From: Cenarchaeum sp.
GTDB lineage: Archaea; Thermoproteota; Nitrososphaeria; Nitrososphaerales; Nitrosopumilaceae
Assembly: GCA_965212015.1 (NCBI GenBank)
Contig: OZ243037.1
Span: 320,001-384,000, forward strand
Direction: 5' to 3'
Length of the DNA stretch: 64,000 nucleotides
The position numbers and the translations under genes are program-made. Below, in pieces: positions 17,953-28,083 of the stretch. The stretch's first letter is position 1. Each line of letters begins with the position of its first letter. The notes beneath the pieces were generated by a model. That model searched no databases and was not told the DNA's origin. It was given only the letters and a program-made list of their open reading frames with translations.

Positions 17953-18135
17953 ATGGTGCTGGCATGGATTGGAATCGTCCTAGGCGTTTTGATCATAATA
18001 GTCCTGATTTGGAAGCTCTCAAAAACGCCCCCGCACAAGGCACTAACAGTCGAATATCACTGCAAAATCTGCGGCGAGAGGACCAACGGCCTCAAATGTC
18101 CCAGATGTGCCAAAAACAACCATTATGGCAGATGA
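17953..18135 (+). CDS. Small membrane-anchored Zn-ribbon protein
   Basis: N-terminal TM helix MVLAWIGIVLGVLIIIVLIW, then CKICG...CPRC. Confidence 0.7.
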   Translation: MVLAWIGIVLGVLIIIVLIWKLSKTPPHKALTVEYHCKICGERTNGLKCPRCAKNNHYGR

Positions 18136-18193
18136 CGTGTTTTTGCGGGTTTGACATGGCTAGATTTTTATTTTTGATTGAGGCAGGCCAATA

Positions 18194-18583
18194 ATGACAT
18201 TGAGCGGCGAAAAGATGAATCTGCAGGTATACGGCGAAAAGTGCAATCTGCTGCTTGATCAGCAGAAAATCCGCTTTGCGGGAATTCTTGATGAAAAGGG
18301 GACCCTGGTGGCAGGCGGCTTTAAAAAAGGCATAACCCCGCTGGAAAAAGACGAGACTCGGCTGGAATCATTCATGGAGTTCGTCTCAAAGATCTCGATA
18401 AGAAGGGACTTTGATGACAGCCTCGGGCCGATTAACTATCTGGCGGCCCGCAGAAACAAAGCCGTTCTGGTGAGTTTTCCGTTTCCAGTCAGCAAGATTT
18501 TACTGCTGGTGTCTGCCGAACCCACAGTCGACATTGAAGAGTTGGCAGAAAGTGTGGTAGACATGTTTACCGACGTGTCATAG
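18194..18583 (+). CDS. Thaumarchaeal roadblock/profilin-like protein (DUF6659-like)
   Basis: IRFAGILDEKGTLVAGGFKKGI motif; paralogous to 25161 and 30641. Confidence 0.7.
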   Translation: MTLSGEKMNLQVYGEKCNLLLDQQKIRFAGILDEKGTLVAGGFKKGITPLEKDETRLESFMEFVSKISIRRDFDDSLGPINYLAARRNKAVLVSFPFPVSKILLLVSAEPTVDIEELAESVVDMFTDVS

Positions 18584-19720
18584 ATGGGGAATAGAATGTC
18601 GACGCTTCAAATCAAAAGACGGTACTGTGCAGGTTTAATCCTGGTTTTTGCTATGATTTCTGTTACTCCGGCATTTGCCTTTGAAATCTTTACTGACAAG
18701 CTGGCATACCAGACAGGGGACGAGATAGTACTTGCCGGGACAATTAGAACAGTTGATCCGGATCTGCAAGCTACAATCCTGTTTTTTGATCCCAACGGAA
18801 TTTTTTTTATTCTCGATCAATTTGACATCAATCCTGATGGGAAATTCTCTAAAACATACAAATCCATGGGCATCGCCTGGGGTTTAGACGGGACATACAG
18901 GATAACACTAACTTATGGCGACAAGACCGCCGAGACGATATTCGAGTTTACTACAGTCAAAAATAAAGACGACAAAAATGAAGACAAGATCAAGACCGAC
19001 AAAGAGGACAAGGCAGATGCCAAACAGACAAATCCCGAAAAACCTGACAAGACAAGCGCCGATAAAGACCGCGAGCCAAGCCGGACGGATACAGAAAAAG
19101 AATCCCAGACAGAACCGCCGCCCGAATCCGACAAGCCGGTTCCGGATAAAGCCGAGCCAAAAAAGACAAAGACGCACATTCCCGGATTTCCAGAGCCGAA
19201 TAAATCCCCGCAGTATTATATAGACAGGTACAACGACGAGTCGGACTATCGCGACTGGTTTGACTCTGCCTTTCCCGGCCAGTCAGTCGAGTCAATAGTG
19301 GGGTATGACACAGCAGGCGTCTCTGGCTTTCTTGAGCCAGACAGGGCCCCGCAGTATTATATAGACAGGTACAACGACGAGTCGGACTATCGCGACTGGT
19401 TTGACTCTGCCTTTCCGGACATTACAATCCACGAGGCAGTCGGGTTTCCCACCCCGCTGCCCATTCCGGACTGGGTAAGGCAGAGCGCACAGCAGTGGTC
19501 TGAGGACGGCGCCGGTGGCGACTTTGTAGCCGGAATCGGGTTTATAATCCAGAACAACATTCTGCTTGGGGACGCCTCTGATCCCGGCCTGCTGCAAGAC
19601 GGCGCCATTCCGTCGTGGGTGGGACACAATGCAAGATGGTGGGCCCAGGGTGAGATCTCCGACGGCGAGTATGTCGCAGTACTGAGGCATCTAGTCGATG
19701 AGGGAATCATCCGGGTATAG
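18584..19720 (+). CDS. Secreted thaumarchaeal surface protein with IPxWV C-terminal domains
   Basis: Signal peptide, Ig-like N-domain, K/D/P-rich linker, duplicated PQYYIDRYNDESDYRDWFDSAFP, IPDWVR and IPSWV...WWAQGEISD. Confidence 0.8.
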   Translation: MGNRMSTLQIKRRYCAGLILVFAMISVTPAFAFEIFTDKLAYQTGDEIVLAGTIRTVDPDLQATILFFDPNGIFFILDQFDINPDGKFSKTYKSMGIAWGLDGTYRITLTYGDKTAETIFEFTTVKNKDDKNEDKIKTDKEDKADAKQTNPEKPDKTSADKDREPSRTDTEKESQTEPPPESDKPVPDKAEPKKTKTHIPGFPEPNKSPQYYIDRYNDESDYRDWFDSAFPGQSVESIVGYDTAGVSGFLEPDRAPQYYIDRYNDESDYRDWFDSAFPDITIHEAVGFPTPLPIPDWVRQSAQQWSEDGAGGDFVAGIGFIIQNNILLGDASDPGLLQDGAIPSWVGHNARWWAQGEISDGEYVAVLRHLVDEGIIRV

Positions 19721-19785
19721 CTAGATGCACGGCGCTTTCCTATGCGGCATGGATCCTTATTATTGCCCGCAACCCAACCACACAC

Positions 19786-20730
19786 ATGGAGTTTGCCAGC
19801 ATCGAGCCGTCATATACCTCACAGGACGGCTGCAGGCTGATCTGGGACGGCGATGACGAGGACGACAAGTCGGCAGTAATTCTCAACAAGTCCGAGCTAG
19901 ACGCCCTAGTCGAGATACTAAAGAGCGATTCGACAGGCAAGGTTGATCTCGAGGACAATGCAAGCACAATCCTTGTCAACTCGGACGTCATACAGTTCAA
20001 CCTCAAGGACAGGCTGTTTGAGGCAGACACCAAGCATCTTCAAAGACAGATTCTTGCATACGCCAGGGTGTCCCACGAACCGCAGCGCATCCACACAAAA
20101 TCCAAAGAGTTCTATCCGGCCGGATCCGCACGCAAGGGGGAATCCATAAAGACGGGCAATACCAAAAAGTCGCTTCTCGAGGCGATACTTGGAACAAAAC
20201 CGCAAAAGGGTGCCGAGTCGTGCGACCTCTTTAAGATAATGTCGCAGAGACGCTCTGTCAGAAAGTTTTCCAGATCAAAGGTGGAGGACTGGAAGGTCGA
20301 CAAGATTCTGGCAGCGGCAGACACCGCCCCTACTGCCGGAAACTTTCAGGGCTTTCAGGTGTTTTACGTCAAAAACAAGAGAATCAAGGAGGCGCTGGTG
20401 GAGGCGGCAAACAACCAGCCGTACGTCAATGCCCCCATAGTGCTGGTCTTTTGCATGGATCCCTCCAGGGTAAAGATGAAGTTCCCGCCTGCAATACTGG
20501 AGAAATTCTCCCTGCAGGATGCGACGCTTGCCGCCGCATACTCGCAGCTTGCAGCATCCGGAGTCGGCCTGAGCTCCATCTGGATAGGAATGATCGACGA
20601 GCAAAAGGTCCGGGCCATAATCAACACCGGCCTGGTTCCGTCATCGATACTCTGCATAGGCTATCCGGCCAGGAAAAAACCGCCAAAGTCGCGCCGAAAG
20701 CTCAAGGAACTAATACGCATAGTCGAATAG
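19786..20730 (+). CDS. Nitroreductase-family protein with N-terminal extension
   Basis: [30 protein letters not shown]. Confidence 0.88.
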   Translation: MEFASIEPSYTSQDGCRLIWDGDDEDDKSAVILNKSELDALVEILKSDSTGKVDLEDNASTILVNSDVIQFNLKDRLFEADTKHLQRQILAYARVSHEPQRIHTKSKEFYPAGSARKGESIKTGNTKKSLLEAILGTKPQKGAESCDLFKIMSQRRSVRKFSRSKVEDWKVDKILAAADTAPTAGNFQGFQVFYVKNKRIKEALVEAANNQPYVNAPIVLVFCMDPSRVKMKFPPAILEKFSLQDATLAAAYSQLAASGVGLSSIWIGMIDEQKVRAIINTGLVPSSILCIGYPARKKPPKSRRKLKELIRIVE

Positions 20731-20764
20731 GAAAATTATTCTACTCCCTACTCTACAACACTGT

Positions 20765-21220
20765 ATGAAGGCGACATTCGGGGCGGGATGCTTTTGGCAC
20801 GTCGAGGCGCTGTTCCGGCAGGTAAGGGGGGTTCGGGACGCGCGCGTGGGATATACGGGCGGCAGCCTAGAGAGGCCCACCTACCAGCAGGTCTGCACCG
20901 ACAAGACCGGCCACGCCGAGGCAGTCCAGGTAGAGTATGATCCGGGCCAGGTCACATACGGGGAGCTCTTGGAGGTGTTTTGGGGAAACCACGATCCGAC
21001 CACCGTCAACCGCCAGGGCCCAGACGTCGGGGAGCAGTACCGCTCTGCAATATTCGTCCACGACGAGGAGCAAAAAAGGATCGCCACAGAGTCAAAGGCC
21101 GGCATTGAAAAGTCAGGCAGGTTTGAAAAGCCCATAGTCACAGAGATTCGCGACGCGCCGGAATTCTATCCTGCCGAGGACTATCACCAGAGGTACTTTG
21201 AAAAGCGCGGCCTGATCTGA
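20765..21220 (+). CDS. msrA: Peptide-methionine (S)-S-oxide reductase
   Basis: [28 protein letters not shown]. Confidence 0.97.
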   Translation: MKATFGAGCFWHVEALFRQVRGVRDARVGYTGGSLERPTYQQVCTDKTGHAEAVQVEYDPGQVTYGELLEVFWGNHDPTTVNRQGPDVGEQYRSAIFVHDEEQKRIATESKAGIEKSGRFEKPIVTEIRDAPEFYPAEDYHQRYFEKRGLI

Positions 21221-21655
21221 CTATTTGACTATCAGCACGGGAATCCTTGCGGCATGAATCACATAGTTGGAGACGCTTCCAAAGAACATCTCTTTGACTG
21301 AGCTGCGCCCCCTTGACCCGATGACTATCATGTCATAGCGCGCCCTCTTGGAGTGCGCCGTCTTTACAATATTGTGCCCCGTATTGCCGTGCAGTATCTT
21401 TGGCTTGAAGACAATCCCGTTTCTGGCCGCAAGCGTCTTTGATGCCTCCATTATCCCGTCGATCTCCTTTTGTGCCGTCTTGCCCACAGAGCCCACCCCC
21501 TTGAACTCGGAATGTGACTGTACCTCAATTGAGACCAGCCCCGTAATCGTGGCCCTGCACTGCCTGGCAATCCCTATGGCCATCTCTAGGCCCCTCTTGG
21601 AGTTTTTGGATCCGTCCAGCGGGACCAGAATCCTGTTGATCTGCTTGTTTATCAC
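21221..21655 (-). CDS. Universal stress protein
   Basis: ILVPLDGS...DMIVIGSRG...FGSVSNYVIH...PVLIVK. Confidence 0.93.
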   Translation of the reverse strand: MINKQINRILVPLDGSKNSKRGLEMAIGIARQCRATITGLVSIEVQSHSEFKGVGSVGKTAQKEIDGIMEASKTLAARNGIVFKPKILHGNTGHNIVKTAHSKRARYDMIVIGSRGRSSVKEMFFGSVSNYVIHAARIPVLIVK

Positions 21656-21762
21656 AAATGCCGTAACACGCGCCGTCTAAAAAACATGAGCATTGCACCC
21701 GATCCCCCCGCAACTTTCGGATCGTGAGAAAATTTATCTAGCCACCGCCAAGAGTTAGTCTG

Positions 21763-22548
21763 ATGGAGGAGCGCTTTATTTCTGTTGACGGAAACAAGGT
21801 GCGCTATCTCGAGTCAGACGGAGGCAAAAAGACGCTGGTGCTCGTGCACGGGCTGGGGGCGTCTGCGGATCGGTGGGAGTTTGTAGCGCCGATCCTCGAG
21901 AGGCACTATAAGCTGATCGTCCCCGACCTGCCCGGATTCGGATACAGCGCAAAGCCGCTTGCAGACTATACCCCCGAGTTTTTTGCCGACTTTATGGAGA
22001 AATTCCTGGAAAAACTGACTGTCAAAAGGCCGCACATCATGGGCTCGTCACTCGGCGGGCAGGTCTGCGCCGAGCTTGCCGCAGGCAATCCGCAGACAGT
22101 CGACAAGCTGGTCCTGGTCTCCTCGTCGGGCATAATGAAGCACTCCACGCCGGCCCTTGACGCATACGTGCTTGCCGCGCTGTATCCCAACCATGATACC
22201 GCACAGGCGGCGTTTCAGACAATGTCTGCATCACCGGCCGTCAGCGGCAGGATAGTCGACTCGTTTGTAAGGCGGATGCACCTGCCAAATGCAAAGATGG
22301 CCTTCATGTCCTCGATTCTGGGCCTGAAAAACTCTTGCGTGCTGACTGCCAGGCTGGCAGAGATCTCCTCGCCCACCCTGATAGTCTGGGGAAGCTTGGA
22401 TCCTGTAATCCCGATAAGATACGCCCGGGACTTTGTCACGGCGATCAAGAACTGCAGCTTTTGCAGGATGGACGGTGCGGGCCACACCCCGTTTGTAGAC
22501 GAGCCTGAAAAATTTGCCAAAATCGTGCTTGACTTTCTTTCGGACTGA
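21763..22548 (+). CDS. Alpha/beta hydrolase (candidate PHA depolymerase/oligomer hydrolase by context)
   Basis: HGLG, GSSLGG nucleophile elbow, D...GH triad; adjacent to the PHA genes. Confidence 0.85.
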   Translation: MEERFISVDGNKVRYLESDGGKKTLVLVHGLGASADRWEFVAPILERHYKLIVPDLPGFGYSAKPLADYTPEFFADFMEKFLEKLTVKRPHIMGSSLGGQVCAELAAGNPQTVDKLVLVSSSGIMKHSTPALDAYVLAALYPNHDTAQAAFQTMSASPAVSGRIVDSFVRRMHLPNAKMAFMSSILGLKNSCVLTARLAEISSPTLIVWGSLDPVIPIRYARDFVTAIKNCSFCRMDGAGHTPFVDEPEKFAKIVLDFLSD

Positions 22549-22587
22549 AAGCTGAGTTTATATACCCACTGTTTCCAATCAGAACCA

Positions 22588-23013
22588 ATGAATGGTAATA
22601 TGTACCAATATGATCCGGCAGAAATGTTCAAGGAGTGGATTCAAAAAAGCGGCAAGGCTCAGGCCGAGTTTGTAAAAAACTTTGGAACAATGATGGGGGC
22701 TACCGGTGCCGAGAAATTCGATCCTCTCAAGGCACTAGCAGAGATCTCCAGCAACGTGACCAAATCACAGGCAAAACTCGTGCAAAACCTTGGCAGCATG
22801 CAATCAAACGGCCTTGAGAGGCTGCTAGGCATCGGCCAGCTGACGGCGAGCTTTCTTAACTGGGGCGCATACAAGACCTCAGTTGGAAGCAACGGCAGGA
22901 TCTCGATTCCAGAAGCAGAACGAGACGCGCTGGGGCTCTCAGAGGGCGATTTGGTCCAGGTTATCATTCTACCAATAGCAAAAAAACCAAAAAACAAGGA
23001 GGTGAAGAAATGA
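22588..23013 (+). CDS. AbrB-domain regulator, PhaR-like by context
   Basis: C-terminal NGRISIPEAERDALGLSEGDLVQV; overlaps the start of the downstream phasin-like gene. Confidence 0.75.
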   Translation: MNGNMYQYDPAEMFKEWIQKSGKAQAEFVKNFGTMMGATGAEKFDPLKALAEISSNVTKSQAKLVQNLGSMQSNGLERLLGIGQLTASFLNWGAYKTSVGSNGRISIPEAERDALGLSEGDLVQVIILPIAKKPKNKEVKK

Positions 23014-23441
23014 GCACAGTGATTAAGACAAGTTCCAGCAATTCAAAGGACATCTATGATGTATACCAGCAAAACGTGGACAAGTTTTTGGATTCCATAA
23101 AGCAGACCGTACCGAGGTATTCGCAGTCCGTCACCGACGCACAGCAAGAGTATGTTGACGCATGCGAGAACATGGTAAACTCTGCAATTACACTGCAAAA
23201 AGAGTTTGCGCGAAAGGCGGGAATCGCCACCAACGTGCCAGATGCGGCATTAAAGATAATTCGGGACACCACGCAGGAGGCAGTAAAGGCGACATCTGTC
23301 CAGAACCAGATCGCACTTGCGGCAATAGACGCCACACAGCAGAACATAAAGACGTTCAACGACAATGCAAAGACGTTCGCGGATCTCAACAAGAACATCA
23401 TGCAGTCCTGGATAACGGCGTTTACGGTATACAAAAACTAG
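23010..23441 (+). CDS. Phasin-like amphipathic helical protein
   Basis: A/Q/N/T-rich all-helical 143-aa protein in the pha cluster. Confidence 0.6.
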   Translation: MSTVIKTSSSNSKDIYDVYQQNVDKFLDSIKQTVPRYSQSVTDAQQEYVDACENMVNSAITLQKEFARKAGIATNVPDAALKIIRDTTQEAVKATSVQNQIALAAIDATQQNIKTFNDNAKTFADLNKNIMQSWITAFTVYKN

Positions 23442-23474
23442 TCAAAAGGCGTTTTTTTTGCCATATTTTTATTT

Positions 23475-24542
23475 TTAATTCGATCTTTTTGCGAGCCAGC
23501 GGCCAAGCTCCGGCAGCACCTGTTTTTGGGACATGGAGCTTGCAATCATTCCGACGTGGCCTGTGGGGTAAATCCGCAGGGTCTTGTCCTGGCTTGCCAC
23601 CGCATAGTGGAGCGGCATGCTGCATTCGGGCGACACCAGGTGATCCCCTACTGCGACCTGGGTAAAGATGGGGGTTTTTATGTTCCCGAGGGACACGCGG
23701 CGGCCCCCCACGTACATCTTGTCCTGTACGAGGAGGTTCTGCTGGTAAATGTCCCTTATCCACTGCCGGAACAGCTCGCCGGGAATGGGCGGCGTGTCGG
23801 CAAGCCACTTTTCCACCCTCATAAAGCTGTCCACAAAGCCCTCATTCTCTATGTTCTTGAAGAAATTCACATACTTTTCTATGCCCTGCTCAAAGGGCTT
23901 TAGCACAGAAAAGCAATAGTACATGAATTCGGGGGGCATGTTTCCTATGGTGGAGACCATATTGTCCACATCCACGTGCCTTGCAATGTTGCTGACCACC
24001 GTGGTGTCCTTCCATCCGTCAATCACAGGTGCGGTGGCCACCAGGTTTCTCACGTTTTCTGGATGCAGCGCCGCATAGGTCACGGCAAGCGTCCCGCCAG
24101 TGCAGTATCCCTGCAGCGATATGCTGTCCGTCTGCGATTCCTGCTTTACAAACTCGACACAGTTGTCAAGATACCCGTTTATGTAGTCGTCAAAGTCAAG
24201 ATACCTGTCCATGTCAGTTGGCGTGCCCCAGTCCACCATGTACACGTCGAATCCCTGATCCAGCAGGCTTCGAACCCAGCTCCTCTTTGGGTGTATGTCC
24301 AGTATGTGAAAGCGGTTGATCAGCGCATAGGCGATCAGCAGCGGCGTGCGATGCCGCATCTTTGAGACCGGCCCGTAGTGCAGCAGCCTGACTTTGTCCT
24401 CCCTGTATGCGACGTCGTAATCCGTAGTCTCGATCGTTATCTCGTCGGGCGCCGCCACCAGCTTTGGGGCCTCTGTGACGTGCCTGCCAAACTTTAGAAT
24501 CTCCTCGACTAGCTTTGGATCAATGTTCATCTCCCTAGTCAT
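23475..24542 (-). CDS. phaC: Class III polyhydroxyalkanoate synthase subunit PhaC
   Basis: TPLLIAYALINR, DVYMVDWG, lipase box GYCTGG, DHLV, TGHVG. Confidence 0.95.
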   Translation of the reverse strand: MTREMNIDPKLVEEILKFGRHVTEAPKLVAAPDEITIETTDYDVAYREDKVRLLHYGPVSKMRHRTPLLIAYALINRFHILDIHPKRSWVRSLLDQGFDVYMVDWGTPTDMDRYLDFDDYINGYLDNCVEFVKQESQTDSISLQGYCTGGTLAVTYAALHPENVRNLVATAPVIDGWKDTTVVSNIARHVDVDNMVSTIGNMPPEFMYYCFSVLKPFEQGIEKYVNFFKNIENEGFVDSFMRVEKWLADTPPIPGELFRQWIRDIYQQNLLVQDKMYVGGRRVSLGNIKTPIFTQVAVGDHLVSPECSMPLHYAVASQDKTLRIYPTGHVGMIASSMSQKQVLPELGRWLAKRSN

Positions 24543-25107
24543 TTTTGCTGCGCCCCGACTTTCTTGCATCCGATTCCAGCTTTGATATCCTTTTTCGTAG
24601 AGTATGCATCTCTTTGTATATCTCGTCGATCTCTTTTTTGTTTGGCAGGTTTGCCGACTTTAGTATGACGTTTGTCATATTGTTCCACCGCTTTGTGAGT
24701 GCAAGCTCCTTTGCCACAAGCTTGCCATAGTTCTCGCCAAAGCCCTTTGAGTCAAAGAGCAGCGTAAAATCGTTATCAAAGATGTCAATCCACACCCTCT
24801 TGTATGAGTCAAGCTGCTCCGGATCGTTTGGAATCTCCGGCGTCTTGGCGTTCACCTTTTGCTGCGCCTGCATCCACGCCTCTGTCAGCTGCCCATAGTA
24901 TGTGGCCAGGGCGTCGTTGAATTCGGCCAGATCCTCGCCTGCGTATATCAGCTCAGTCGAGATTTTTTTGGCGTTTTCTGCAAAATTTCTCATGGGCCCC
25001 ACCGATGTGAGGGCCTGCGGCTTGCTTGACATGAGGTGTATCAGGTCGGTCCAGAACAGCGACAGGTGCTTGTAGTATTTCTCGGGGTCGGAAAACTCGT
25101 TTTTCAT
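24535..25107 (-). CDS. phaE: PHA synthase subunit PhaE
   Basis: Directly upstream of phaC; NLPNKKEIDEIYKEMHTLRKRI C-terminal motif. Confidence 0.88.
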   Translation of the reverse strand: MKNEFSDPEKYYKHLSLFWTDLIHLMSSKPQALTSVGPMRNFAENAKKISTELIYAGEDLAEFNDALATYYGQLTEAWMQAQQKVNAKTPEIPNDPEQLDSYKRVWIDIFDNDFTLLFDSKGFGENYGKLVAKELALTKRWNNMTNVILKSANLPNKKEIDEIYKEMHTLRKRISKLESDARKSGRSKND

Positions 25108-25160
25108 ACGCCATATACGGAACAGCTCTCAATAAATAGATCGCCTGCATTCCAAGTGCG

Positions 25161-25550
25161 TTGTCAGGCGGGGATCTAGAGGGCATTTGCAGGCAGATAA
25201 TGCACCTGGATCCCAAGATGAGATCCGCCAGAATCATCAACAACAGGGGCCATCTGGAGGCAGGCGGCATGAAGGAGGGCCTCAAGCCCCTAGAGGAGCA
25301 AAAACAAGACGAAATGATGTTCATGGAGCTGGCGCTGCGGGTAAGGATGAGGCACGAGTTTGACGCAGAGTTCGGCCAGGTGCATTTTTCGCTCTCATAC
25401 CGGGACAAGGTGATAATAATGAGCTTTCCGCTTGCAAACGACGGCGTGCTTCTCGCCTCGGGCGAAAAGGACATCGACTTTGGGGGAATTCCATTCAAGA
25501 TACTCTCGATAATCGGCGGCCTGAGAAACGTAGATTCCAGGACGTTTTAG
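25161..25550 (+). CDS. Thaumarchaeal roadblock/profilin-like protein (DUF6659-like)
   Basis: MRSARIINNRGHLEAGGMKEG...EFDAEFGQV. Confidence 0.7.
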   Translation: MSGGDLEGICRQIMHLDPKMRSARIINNRGHLEAGGMKEGLKPLEEQKQDEMMFMELALRVRMRHEFDAEFGQVHFSLSYRDKVIIMSFPLANDGVLLASGEKDIDFGGIPFKILSIIGGLRNVDSRTF

Positions 25551-26686
25551 GGCCTCTCTATTCGGGTTTTTTTCTTGAGGGCAAGCGCCCTGTCCACCAA
25601 ATCCTGCATCGGGCCGTCGGAGACCATGTTTATGTGGCCCAGCTTGCGCCTTGGCCTGGATTCCTTTTTTCCGTACATCTTGAGGTATGCGTTATTTTCC
25701 CGCTCCGTTACGAGCTTGTATCTTCCCGTGACGTCCTTTGCGCCAAGTATGTTGAACATTACTGCGTTGTGCAGCAGTGCGGTCTCGCCAAGATCCATCC
25801 CCAGCACCGCCCGCAGGTGCTGCTCGAACTGCGAGGTCTTGCAGGACTGCAGCGTGTGGTGCCCAGAGTTGTGAACCCTCGGGGCTATCTCGTTTATCAG
25901 AATACAGTCGTCCTGCGTCACAAACATCTCGATTCCAAACACCCCTGCCCCCCTTAGTATTTTCATCGTGTCGTGCGCGATTTGTTCTGCCTGTCTTGCA
26001 ATGCCGGTGCCGGTCCGGGCAGGCGATATCGTCATCTCTAGTATGTTGTCTGTGTGGATGTTTTCTGCCAGCGGATACGTCCTAATGTCCCCCCTTGTGT
26101 TTCTGGCGGCAATTACTGAGACTTCCATTTTAAAGTCTATAAACCTCTCCACAAACACGGGCCTTTTTCCGAAATACTCAAAGGCTTGTCCTATCTCGCC
26201 TGCGCCGCCTATCTTGTAGTTGCCGCGGCCGTCATACGCGCCGCGCCGGGCCTTTAGCAGTATGGGGGCCCCGTACCGTTCAATCCTGTCTCCTGTCTCT
26301 GCTGCTGAGCGGACCGGCGCAAAGTCCCCCACCGGCATGCCGTTTTTTTGCAGGAACGACTTTTGTAAAAGCTTGTCCTGTATGATTCTGAGCATTGCTG
26401 GCGGCGGGTTTACCTCGGCGTCGTTCTGTACGGACTCGAGGGCCTCGGCATCACCGGACTCTATCTCGTATGTTATGACGTCGGATCTTGACGCCAGCTC
26501 CCCTATTGCGTCTCTGTCCCCAAAGCCGGCAGTTATCTGCCTGGCCCCTGCCTGTGTGGCAGGACAGCCGGCGGTGGGATCCAGCACTATGACCTCCGAT
26601 ATCTCCTCTGGCATCTTTTTTGCAGCCTCTGTCAGCATCATGCCTAGCTGGCCGCCTCCGATTATGCCGAGTGTTTTTCTGGACAC
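25547..26686 (-). CDS. purK: N5-carboxyaminoimidazole ribonucleotide synthase
   Basis: GIIGGGQLGMML, GAYDGRGN, NEIAPRVHNSGH, RKLGH. Confidence 0.96.
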   Translation of the reverse strand: MSRKTLGIIGGGQLGMMLTEAAKKMPEEISEVIVLDPTAGCPATQAGARQITAGFGDRDAIGELASRSDVITYEIESGDAEALESVQNDAEVNPPPAMLRIIQDKLLQKSFLQKNGMPVGDFAPVRSAAETGDRIERYGAPILLKARRGAYDGRGNYKIGGAGEIGQAFEYFGKRPVFVERFIDFKMEVSVIAARNTRGDIRTYPLAENIHTDNILEMTISPARTGTGIARQAEQIAHDTMKILRGAGVFGIEMFVTQDDCILINEIAPRVHNSGHHTLQSCKTSQFEQHLRAVLGMDLGETALLHNAVMFNILGAKDVTGRYKLVTERENNAYLKMYGKKESRPRRKLGHINMVSDGPMQDLVDRALALKKKTRIERP

Positions 26687-26742
26687 GGCTAGCTGGTGTT
26701 ATGGCCGGCTTAAGATCTTTTTGGCCAGGCCCTGCGGCCGGC

Positions 26743-27948
26743 CTATATCAGCTTGAACTCGATATTCTTTTCGCGCAGTCTTGCTATTAGCTTTTCTGCA
26801 TTGTCCTTGCCGTGCGTCTCTAGGCTGAGGGTGACTCCGGCAGAGCCGGCATTGATGTCAGTGCTGAACCTGTCGTGTACCACCTCTACAATGTTTGCAT
26901 TGGCCGCCGTGATCACATCGACGAGATCCTTGAGGGCCCCGGGCTTGTCAGGTAACAGTATGAATATCTTGAGCAGCCTGCCCACGTATGCCAGGCCCTT
27001 GTCGACTATCTGTCCTAGCAGGTACATGTCCACATTGCCGCCTGCCAGGATGGCCACCACTTTTTTGCCCGGCGAGGGCTTTTTTGCCAGCAGGTATGCG
27101 AGGCTTGCAGCCCCGGACGGCTCCACCACCGACTTTGTCCTCTCCATCAGCAGGAACATGGCCTCGATAATGTCTGCGTCGTCTATCAGGACGACGTCGT
27201 CGATGAGATCCCCTATGATCTGAAACGTCAGCTTGCCGGGTTTTTTCACCGATATTCCGTCGGCAATGGTCTTGCCCCCGCCTGTGGATTTTATCCTGCC
27301 GGCTGCCAGCGACTCCTTCATGGCGGGAAACGAGCTTGACTGCACGCCGACTATTCTCACCTTTGGATTTTTGGTCTTTATGGCAATCAGGACGCCGGCT
27401 GCCAGGCCGCCTCCCCCTATTGGCACGTACACCTCGTCGACGTCAGGCAGGTCCTCTAGAATCTCCAGTCCGATCACCCCGTCTGCTGCGATTATCTGCG
27501 GATCATCAAAGGCGTGTATTATTTTTGCGCCCGTCTGCTGCGAGATTTCCTGCGCCTTGTTCCACGACTCCTCATAGCTGCCCCCCTCCAGGATTACGTT
27601 TGCCCCGTATCCCTTTGTTGCAGACACCTTGGCAGGCGATGCGGATTTTGGCATTACTATCGTGCACGGTATGTTTTCTGAAAACGCCGCAAGTGCCACT
27701 CCCTGTGCGTGGTTTCCCGCAGATGCTGCCACAACGCCGTTTCTTCTTTCCTCCTGCGACAGCGTCTTTATCTTATAGTACGCCCCCCTTATCTTAAAGG
27801 AGCCGGTTTTTTGCCGGTACTCTGACTTTAGATACACCTCTGAGCCTGTCCACTTGCTAAAAGTCGAGGAATACACCAGTGGCGTCTTTGCGACATGGCT
27901 TCCCCTCATTGATCCGGCCCTTACTATCTCATCATACGACGGATTCAT
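26743..27948 (-). CDS. ilvA: Threonine ammonia-lyase with C-terminal ACT domain
   Basis: TGSFKIRGA PLP lysine, ASAGNHAQG, GGGGL, LPDKPGAL ACT domain. Confidence 0.93.
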   Translation of the reverse strand: MNPSYDEIVRAGSMRGSHVAKTPLVYSSTFSKWTGSEVYLKSEYRQKTGSFKIRGAYYKIKTLSQEERRNGVVAASAGNHAQGVALAAFSENIPCTIVMPKSASPAKVSATKGYGANVILEGGSYEESWNKAQEISQQTGAKIIHAFDDPQIIAADGVIGLEILEDLPDVDEVYVPIGGGGLAAGVLIAIKTKNPKVRIVGVQSSSFPAMKESLAAGRIKSTGGGKTIADGISVKKPGKLTFQIIGDLIDDVVLIDDADIIEAMFLLMERTKSVVEPSGAASLAYLLAKKPSPGKKVVAILAGGNVDMYLLGQIVDKGLAYVGRLLKIFILLPDKPGALKDLVDVITAANANIVEVVHDRFSTDINAGSAGVTLSLETHGKDNAEKLIARLREKNIEFKLI

Positions 27949-28083
27949 GGGAGTTCTTTGCCCAGCTGCGCTATATTTGACTTTGTGGCCGCAGCGCGCC
28001 ATGCTGCCGCATTTTGCAGCTCCTTGCACGGATTGATGCGTCCCTGAAAGCCGCACGCGGCAGTCCCATACATTTGCACCATG

